Shown one piece after another: positions 57,452 through 64,000 of a DNA stretch of 64,000 bases; position 1 is the stretch's first letter, and each line of letters starts with the position of its first letter. The notes beneath the pieces were generated by a model, which worked only from the letters and a program-made list of their open reading frames with translations, did not search any database and was not told the origin of the DNA. This DNA is from Candidatus Latescibacterota bacterium (GTDB taxonomy: Bacteria > Latescibacterota > UBA2968 > GCA-2709665), in contig CBDCOX010000002.1 of NCBI GenBank assembly GCA_965219995.1, positions 4,064,001-4,128,000 of the forward strand. The letters are read 5' to 3'. A program made the position numbers and the translations under genes.

Positions 57452-58432
57452 GTGAATGTCCCACCCGATGACGGTATTCGCGTTCCCGTGGACGACCTGC
57501 GGCGCCTCGTATGCGCGATCTACGAGGCCGTCCCACTGCCTTCGGAGCACGCCCGGCTGATTGCCGATCTGCTGATCGACACCGAACTGCGCGGCGTGGT
57601 CAGCCACGGTGTAACGCAGGTGGAGCGGTACGTCCGCTCATTCCAGGAAGGGCGCGCCAATCCTGATCCTTCCATCCGGGTTCTCCACGAGGGTCCCGCG
57701 ACCGCCGCGCTCAGCGGGGACGGCGGCCTGGGGATGATCGTCGCCACGCGCGCGATGAAGATGGCCATCGCCAAGGCCGGAGAACTCGGAGTGGGTGTGG
57801 TCACCACGGTCTATCACGACCATCTGGGCAGTTCGGGGAAGTACGTGAGGATGGCGCTGAAAGAGGGCCTTATCGGCATCAGCCTCTCAGGCCGGAACGC
57901 CGCCCCGTCATACGACCGCGCCAACAGCATCCGTGCCTCGATCCAGGGCAGCCCGCCGCTGGCCTTCGGGATGCCGGGAGGCGACGGTCGACCGGAGTTT
58001 CTGCTCGACTATGCCAGCCATTTCGTGACGGACGACGAGGACGTCCGCAGAAATCCGGCGGTATACGTGAAGGCGATCGGCATGTCTCACGTGGCCAATA
58101 TCCTCTCCGGGACCCTGGGGGGGCAGATGCTTCCCGAATTCGACCGGCGGACAACGAGATTCCAGGGCGCGGACCAGTCCGGATTTCACATGGCGCTGGA
58201 CGTGGGCCGCTTCACGTCACCTGACGCGTTCAAAACGGATATGGACTATCTGATGGACGAGACCGCGAAGATGCAGCCGCTGCCCGGACTTTCGAATGCG
58301 GGTCTGCCGGGACAGCGGGCCTGGCGGAAGGAGGCCGACTATCGCGAGAACGGCATTCCCATCAGCACGAATGCGGTATCGTCGCTCGAGGGTCTGGCGC
58401 GCGAGTTCTCGCTCCCGGTCCCCTGGACCTGA
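57452..58432 (+). CDS. Ldh_2 family (malate/L-lactate/ureidoglycolate-type) oxidoreductase
   Basis: RGVVSHG, GDGGLG, A..KA...GVG, H.G, LPG motifs; RBS AAGGAG. Confidence 0.85.
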   Translation: MNVPPDDGIRVPVDDLRRLVCAIYEAVPLPSEHARLIADLLIDTELRGVVSHGVTQVERYVRSFQEGRANPDPSIRVLHEGPATAALSGDGGLGMIVATRAMKMAIAKAGELGVGVVTTVYHDHLGSSGKYVRMALKEGLIGISLSGRNAAPSYDRANSIRASIQGSPPLAFGMPGGDGRPEFLLDYASHFVTDDEDVRRNPAVYVKAIGMSHVANILSGTLGGQMLPEFDRRTTRFQGADQSGFHMALDVGRFTSPDAFKTDMDYLMDETAKMQPLPGLSNAGLPGQRAWRKEADYRENGIPISTNAVSSLEGLAREFSLPVPWT

Positions 58433-58453
58433 CGATGTGGCCTGCGAGGTCCT

Positions 58454-59575
58454 TTACCGGAACCAGTCATAGTTCAGACCGAGAGAGCGGTCCTCGAGCG
58501 GAAGCTCGACGCGCTCTCCGCCGCGCGCCGAAGACAGCTTCAGTGCGACCTCGACTTCCAGGGCGACCGCGATCCGCCGGCCCGAGTTCTTCGGCTCGTC
58601 CAGCCGGCCTTCCATGCAGTCGATCACGTCATTGAGCGAGTAGACTGCGCCGTACGGAGTTGCAAACTGGGGTTCAGGCCACGGCATTTCGACCCGAATC
58701 CTGCCGGTGGTCTCCAACTCTTGTCTCAGGTGCCATAGACGGTCCGGCCCGAACACGATCTCCCCGGTGCTTCCGTCCAGGCGGACCGGCGGCGCTCCCG
58801 CCCGGAAGTGCACCACCGTCCCGTCCGCCGCAACCGCGATTCCCTGGCCCCTGAATTCATCGCTTCCGCCGGGACCGCTGAATTCGTCGGTGCCCTCACC
58901 CCGCCGGGGAAGGTCGCCGGTGCCCGAGACCCAGGCTGGCGGGCTGTCCAGAAAATACGACCAGTTCTGATGCTGGGCGAACGGGGAGGATGTCTCGATG
59001 GACCGGATCTCCCCGATGGCCCCGCTCAGTACCAGTTCCCTTGCTTTGCCGAAGGACGGGTGGGTCGTGGTGATCGCGCCGCAGTTCAGCGGGACGCCCG
59101 CAGCAGCGCAGTCCGAGACCATGCGGTCCGCTTCCTCGAGCGTGTGACACATCGGTTTATCGGTAACAATGCCCCGGGCTCCGCATTGCACCGCGAGACA
59201 TGCCAGGTCGGCGCGCCCCTTCGTATTCGTGGCGATGGCCACGATATCCAGGCGCTCGGCGCGCAGCATTTCTCCGGCGTCGGTGTAGGTCGCTTCGATG
59301 CCGTAGCGTTCACGGAACGCCGCGAGCCGTTTCGGGTCCCGGTCGGCTGCCGCCACCAGGTCCACCTCGGGCCGGTTGTGCAGCGCTTCCGCATACGAGG
59401 TCGGATTCCCTTCGTTTCCAGGGTGATCGTGGTGGTAGAACCGGCGATGCACGTCCAGTTCGGGCGTCGGCCGGTCCACGTCGTCCACTTTGAAAAGGTC
59501 CGGGATGCGTTCCGCCAGATCGTAGAGCATGCCCATCCAGCCCAGACCGATCACGCCCGCGCGGTATTTCGCCAT
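58454..59575 (-). CDS. Gfo/Idh/MocA family oxidoreductase
   Basis: VIGLGWMG, LDIVAIAT, DKPM, GAIGEI. Confidence 0.88.
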   Translation of the reverse strand: MAKYRAGVIGLGWMGMLYDLAERIPDLFKVDDVDRPTPELDVHRRFYHHDHPGNEGNPTSYAEALHNRPEVDLVAAADRDPKRLAAFRERYGIEATYTDAGEMLRAERLDIVAIATNTKGRADLACLAVQCGARGIVTDKPMCHTLEEADRMVSDCAAAGVPLNCGAITTTHPSFGKARELVLSGAIGEIRSIETSSPFAQHQNWSYFLDSPPAWVSGTGDLPRRGEGTDEFSGPGGSDEFRGQGIAVAADGTVVHFRAGAPPVRLDGSTGEIVFGPDRLWHLRQELETTGRIRVEMPWPEPQFATPYGAVYSLNDVIDCMEGRLDEPKNSGRRIAVALEVEVALKLSSARGGERVELPLEDRSLGLNYDWFR

Positions 59576-59626
59576 AGTCGACTCCTATCGTTGTTTGAGA
59601 CCCTCACCCCCCGGCCCCTTAAAGGC

Positions 59627-59755
59627 GGGTAGACGCAAGACGTAAGACGTGAGATGATATGATTGCCTCGTGGGGTTTCATTTCTCGCCGGTGGCATATA
59701 GGGACAATCAATCTGGCAGGGACATCCTCTCCCGTCTCCCGTCTTACGTCTCCCC
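59627..59755. repeat. Heptamer-armed element carrying a diverged core A in reverse orientation
   Basis: Arms AGACGCAAGACGTAAGACGTGAGATGAT and ACATCCTCTCCCGTCTCCCGTCTTACGTCT; core 59663..59719. Confidence 0.75.
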
Positions 59756-59918
59756 GCTTTCAGGCCGTTCACGTCATAAGATACTGGTATTCATGTCGCG
59801 TTTCCAGTATGGTATACATCCCTGTTCCGCCATCAACGTGCGTTATCCCGCGCCCGTTTGATCTCAGCCCGAATCACGGGTACGGAATACATCAATCTTC
59901 ACGTCAGGAGTCACCAAT

Positions 59919-60695
59919 ATGCGAAAAAGCAAACTGCTCGCGAAGCTGCGCGATGACAGGCCGGCCCGGATCTGCGGGCTGGGCCACTCTATTCCTGCTT
60001 ACATCCGGATGGCCGCGACCGCCGGATACGACTGTATCTGGCTGGACGGGGAGCACCGCTGCTTCACCGAACGGGAAATCCAGTCGTTGCTCGCCTGTTT
60101 CCACCTGTACGATATCGACTGCCTGTTCCGCCCGCCCACAACGGAGAGAACGAGGCTGTATCGATATCTGGAGGACGGCGCCGCCGGTTTGATGATTCCC
60201 CACGTCTCCACGCCGGAGAAAGCCCGGTCGCTGGTCGACGCCGTCAAATTTCCGCCGATCGGCGACCGCGGTCAGGACGCGGCCGGTCTCGACAGCGACT
60301 TCTTTCTGGGCGACGCCGAATCCTACGTCGAGGATGCCAACCGCGAGACGTACCTCATTGTTCAAATTGAAACACCGCAGGCCATCGAGAATCTCGACGC
60401 GATCGCGTCCGTCGAGGGCGTCGACGGGCTGTTCGTGGGCCCCGGCGATCTCGGGTTGAGGATCGACCGGCTGAAGCCGGGCTACACGCTTGACGAAGCC
60501 ATGCGCAAAGTCGCGTCCGTCGCGGGCGAACGGGGCGTCGCGTGGGGCTGTCCGGCGTCTTCCGGCGACCATGTCAAGAAGCTCCACGACATGGGCGCGC
60601 AACTGATCGCCTACGGCAGCGAATTCTTCGCGCTGATGCAGATGCTCGATGCGTGTTCGCGCGACCTGGATGCGGCCTACGGCGACCGGGCCTGA
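59919..60695 (+). CDS. HpcH/HpaI aldolase family protein
   Basis: WLDGEH, G.MIPHV, VQIET, FVGPGDL. Confidence 0.9.
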   Translation: MRKSKLLAKLRDDRPARICGLGHSIPAYIRMAATAGYDCIWLDGEHRCFTEREIQSLLACFHLYDIDCLFRPPTTERTRLYRYLEDGAAGLMIPHVSTPEKARSLVDAVKFPPIGDRGQDAAGLDSDFFLGDAESYVEDANRETYLIVQIETPQAIENLDAIASVEGVDGLFVGPGDLGLRIDRLKPGYTLDEAMRKVASVAGERGVAWGCPASSGDHVKKLHDMGAQLIAYGSEFFALMQMLDACSRDLDAAYGDRA

Positions 60696-60719
60696 TTGCG
60701 TTCCGTCTCTTCTTCCCGC

Positions 60720-61733
60720 TCAGGTTTCCTCGAACCTGGCCAGCAGTTCGGCCGCCCGTTCCCGCATCGCCGGGTCATTGTGCCTCGCGATGATCCGCTG
60801 GAGTGCCGAGACCGCCGTCTCGTCTCCCCGCTCGGCCATGTCGAAGGCCATCCGGTCCCGCTTGTCGTGGTAACTGTTGTCGTACTCCACGACTTCCAGG
60901 TCGTATTTCTCCCAGTAGTACTTCAGCGATTCGTCTTCCCAGCCTCGATAGATGTTTTCCCAGGTGTTCGGCTGGCTGTGGGGAAGTATGCTTCCCGGCG
61001 CGATGGGATCGCTGATCCTCTGATATCGCGCGTCGATGGACATGCGGAGACGGTCGGAGTGGTTCGGAAGGCCCTTGTGGACGAGCATGCTGTGGAAGAA
61101 GAGGACGTCGCCCTGTTCGAACGGACTGTTGACCCAGGCCCCCTCGAGCGGATCGGTGACCTCGATTCCGCCCGCGCCCAGGGCCGGCTTGAAGTCGTAC
61201 ACGCCCCGGCGATGGGAACCGGCCGCCACCTGAAGGCCGCCCATCTCGAACGGCAGGTCGCTGAGCGGAATCCACGCGGTGTACGTTTCAGCCGTCCCCT
61301 GGATGGGGATGAAGTCCTGGTGCGGTGGAGTCGTATAGGCTTCCCGTTGCGGAAAGATGGTCCTCGCGATGATCCGTGGATGGGGCAGAACCGGTTCGCC
61401 GGTCATGCGTTCGAGAAGTCGGACGATGTTCGGGTGGTGCTGTAGGGCGTGAAAGGCCTGGATACCGTATATACCGGCGTAGACGTCCATGTAGTCCGCC
61501 TCGGGCTCGACGCAGAAACCGTCGAGGTCCGCGATGGCGTCCTCCGTCGGCGTGTCTTTATTAACCCATCCGGCTTCCAGCGCGATCTCCAGAAACGCCC
61601 GACGCAGTGCTTCCAGATCCTCTCCGGGCAACAGACTTCGGATGAAGAGGTATCCGTCCTCCAGCATTCGTTCTCTCAACAGACGTCCGTCGCCCGCTAT
61701 ATCTGTCGAATCTGCAAATGCATTCAAGGCCAA
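60720..61733 (-). CDS. Phytanoyl-CoA dioxygenase family protein
   Basis: TPPHQD, WIPL.D....GGL....GSH, GDVLFFH...VH, R.S.D.R. Confidence 0.9.
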   Translation of the reverse strand: MALNAFADSTDIAGDGRLLRERMLEDGYLFIRSLLPGEDLEALRRAFLEIALEAGWVNKDTPTEDAIADLDGFCVEPEADYMDVYAGIYGIQAFHALQHHPNIVRLLERMTGEPVLPHPRIIARTIFPQREAYTTPPHQDFIPIQGTAETYTAWIPLSDLPFEMGGLQVAAGSHRRGVYDFKPALGAGGIEVTDPLEGAWVNSPFEQGDVLFFHSMLVHKGLPNHSDRLRMSIDARYQRISDPIAPGSILPHSQPNTWENIYRGWEDESLKYYWEKYDLEVVEYDNSYHDKRDRMAFDMAERGDETAVSALQRIIARHNDPAMRERAAELLARFEET

Positions 61734-61772
61734 TCCTCCTTGTCAGGCGCGTCAAATACGCGACGTGTGCGT

Positions 61773-62630
61773 TCAGGTCAGATTCCGGAAGAAGAAGTGC
61801 TGTGCCGTCCCCCAAAGGATCGCGTCTTTCTCCGCGGGGCTGAGGAAACCCGCATGGTCCCGGATCAACGCCACGGCGGCAGGGTAGTCGGTCATCGGGT
61901 CCTCCATTTCGATCGGACCGCCGCTGTCGGACTCCCACATGCAGCGATGGGCGCCGTACGCTTCAACCACCCGTTGAATCAATGGCAGGACGTCGAGGTA
62001 GGGGGCGCGGCGGGAGCACAGCGCCTGCAGGGGCCCGATCTTGACCATTACCTTCTCATGCTTTGCAAACCGGAGCAGCGCGTCGAGGTCTTCCTCGCTG
62101 TAGTCGGCCTCCCGGATGCCCACGTGGCAGACGTGGTCCAGAATGACCGGCGTTTCCGGGAAGCGGGTGCACAACCGGTCCAGGTCGCGGAGCATTTCGA
62201 CTCGCATGTTGAAGCTCAGGGCGAGTTCGTGTTCCGCTCCCGCGGCGAACATCTTCTCGAATGCCGGATGATCGAATTCGGAGGGCGGCTCGCGAAACGC
62301 GAAACATCCCCGCTGCGAGAGCTCGACCATGGTCCTGTCCGGCTCACGATCGTCCAGGCTGATCATGCCCGTGCCCGCAAACGTTTCCGGGTCGCCCGCA
62401 ATCAGGTCCAGGATGTAGCTGTGGTCGTAGTCGTACCAGATCATCTGCACCAGGTTGATGCGCACGTCGCCCACCGTCCGGCTGTAGCTGAAGTACTCCT
62501 CCGGCGTGAAGGTGGGATGCCAGAGGTCCTCCTTTTTCACCTCCTCGGCCAGGGGGTAGCGTTCGAAATCGTCCGTCCATACGTGGATGTGGGCGTCGAC
62601 GATCCGGTGTGAAGATGCCTGCTCCGGCAT
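61773..62630 (-). CDS. Amidohydrolase_2 family protein (sugar lactonase-like)
   Basis: VDAHIHVW, VILDH, RCMWESD. Confidence 0.85.
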   Translation of the reverse strand: MPEQASSHRIVDAHIHVWTDDFERYPLAEEVKKEDLWHPTFTPEEYFSYSRTVGDVRINLVQMIWYDYDHSYILDLIAGDPETFAGTGMISLDDREPDRTMVELSQRGCFAFREPPSEFDHPAFEKMFAAGAEHELALSFNMRVEMLRDLDRLCTRFPETPVILDHVCHVGIREADYSEEDLDALLRFAKHEKVMVKIGPLQALCSRRAPYLDVLPLIQRVVEAYGAHRCMWESDSGGPIEMEDPMTDYPAAVALIRDHAGFLSPAEKDAILWGTAQHFFFRNLT

Positions 62631-62773
62631 GAAAATGCTCCGTTCCGGGTTCTACCTGCTTCACGGGATATCCGTGATCCCGGTCAACCATTCCGTCCGT
62701 TTTGCGTCTTGCGAACGGATTGGCTATATTAATCCGATCCCGCGAACCTCATTCCCGTCGTCCGGAATACATT

Positions 62774-63532
62774 ATGGCGAAAGAGAAATACGACGGCGTC
62801 TGGCAACCCGATATGTTGGACCGGTTTCCAATGAATCCCAACGTCATGGTTGCCGACCTGGAACGGGAACGGCTGGACCTTCTCCTCACGTACGTGGCGG
62901 AAACCGGCCGCAGCGAATCCCTGTCCACGTTCATATCGGGGGTTGTGGAGCGCCACCCGAAATATCTTCGGGTGAAAGAGCTGTTCGAGACCTTCGAGGC
63001 GTACCGGCGAATCGGCCAGGCCATCTACGAGCAGTGGCGCGAGGGCAACGTGGACACGGTCTTCGACCTGGCATGCGGCCACGGACTTCTGGGTGTCCTG
63101 CTGGCCTGGCGGTTTCGGAAACTGCGCGTGGTCTGCGTGGACCTGGAACGCCGTCCGGCCTTCGGACACTACCTGGAAATCCTGCGTGAACAGGCCGCGC
63201 CCCTCGCGAACATCACGTATATCGAAAGCGACTTCAAGGACGTGGAACTGGGCCCGCGGTCCTACGTCATCTGCATCCACGCCTGCAACGAAGGCACCCG
63301 GGATGCCCTGGATATGGCCGATTCCGCGAACGCGGGTTTCGCGGCCATGCCATGCTGCATCCGGGACCGCCTCTACCTCCGCCGAATAAACCACCTGGAC
63401 GACGACGCCCGATATACCGCGGCAGTCGGGGTGATCGCCGGCCGCTACGGGGCCTACAAGATCACGGCGATCGACCGGCGCATCACCAACCGCAATCTCG
63501 TCATCCTGGGTGCGCCCGTGCCGGCATCCTGA
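62774..63532 (+). CDS. SAM-dependent methyltransferase (Methyltransf_32-like)
   Basis: DLACGHGLLG, IHAC, MPCC, T.RN motifs. Confidence 0.8.
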   Translation: MAKEKYDGVWQPDMLDRFPMNPNVMVADLERERLDLLLTYVAETGRSESLSTFISGVVERHPKYLRVKELFETFEAYRRIGQAIYEQWREGNVDTVFDLACGHGLLGVLLAWRFRKLRVVCVDLERRPAFGHYLEILREQAAPLANITYIESDFKDVELGPRSYVICIHACNEGTRDALDMADSANAGFAAMPCCIRDRLYLRRINHLDDDARYTAAVGVIAGRYGAYKITAIDRRITNRNLVILGAPVPAS

Positions 63533-63613
63533 TTCCCCAATTCTGCGCCTGCCGCGTCCTAGCTGGCAGATCAGACCCGCGGCTGCGGATTGATTTCACC
63601 GGAGCGTGCGCGG

Positions 63614-64000
63614 TCACCATTGATAGTCGGGCTCTCCCGCCTCGAACGCGGCGGCCGAAGCCATCATCGTGTCCAGGTCTCCCTTTGGCCGGTAACCGAT
63701 CAGCGTCTTTGCTTTCGTGATGTCGTGATCGTACATCCAGCGCACCGGGAGTGTTACCTCCAGGGGTTCCCGTCCCGTGATTTCCCCCAGCAGCCGGGCG
63801 CCTTCCGGGAACGTAAACGGGGCCGGGGCGCCGCCGTTGAACGACTCGCCGACCGCATCCGGAGACCGCAGCGAGCACACGATGCAGTGCGCGATATCCC
63901 GCGCGTCGTTCGGCTGATAATACCAGGGCCGCCCGGCCTCGTCCCTGGCCGCGCACGGCTGGTCGGGATCTTCGGCCCGCGCCTCGATTTCGTGCCAGAG
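63614..64000 (-). CDS. NAD-dependent epimerase/dehydratase, C-terminal part (runs off the window)
   Basis: Frame open to the window edge; DARDIA, AVGESFN, DITKAKTLIGYRP. Confidence 0.75.
   Translation of the reverse strand, partial: LWHEIEARAEDPDQPCAARDEAGRPWYYQPNDARDIAHCIVCSLRSPDAVGESFNGGAPAPFTFPEGARLLGEITGREPLEVTLPVRWMYDHDITKAKTLIGYRPKGDLDTMMASAAAFEAGEPDYQW

Noticed and set aside
692-63956. Many long overlapping or antisense ORFs (e.g. 692..2251, 2076..4025, 20249..21775, 22779..24527, 53899..55596, 55967..57265)
   Set aside because: Shadow frames of real genes in high-GC DNA, Arg/Pro/Gly-rich with no family motifs.

Overview
GC-rich bacterial chromosomal window with no rRNA, tRNA, CRISPR array or intact transposase seen. 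The repertoire (DUF6785-type membrane proteins, GWxTD proteins, WD40 plus dockerin-like tail, PhyH, Gfo/Idh/MocA) resembles Latescibacterota/Gemmatimonadota/Poribacteria-like organisms; this is an inference. 1-22 kb is a putative acidic-glycan utilisation region: beta-helix/PKD protein, three DUF6785-like transporters, a sugar ABC transporter, two heparinase II/III-like proteins, uxuA and a nitrilase. 22-43 kb holds four TPR-GWxTD-type exported proteins, an enolase-family enzyme, a YtrA-type GntR/ABC operon, a large GNAT, a WD40 protein and an ECF sigma/ZAS anti-sigma pair. 43-64 kb holds a PhyH-HEAT fusion, two duplicated beta-helix lipoproteins embedded in a modular repeat family, ytoQ, parE-parC and catabolic enzymes. 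Highlights: (i) a thioredoxin-like gene interrupted by an in-frame UGA (GCV-UGA-NNG) followed by a SECIS-like hairpin, a probable unannotated selenoprotein; (ii) a low-GC cassette of strong promoter, highly structured RNA leader and truncated NYN nuclease between direct repeats; (iii) heptamer-armed inverted-repeat elements carrying two alternative 57-bp cores; (iv) a 62-aa collapsed paralogue of a 1222-aa protein. All calls come from motif reading only; no database searches were run.
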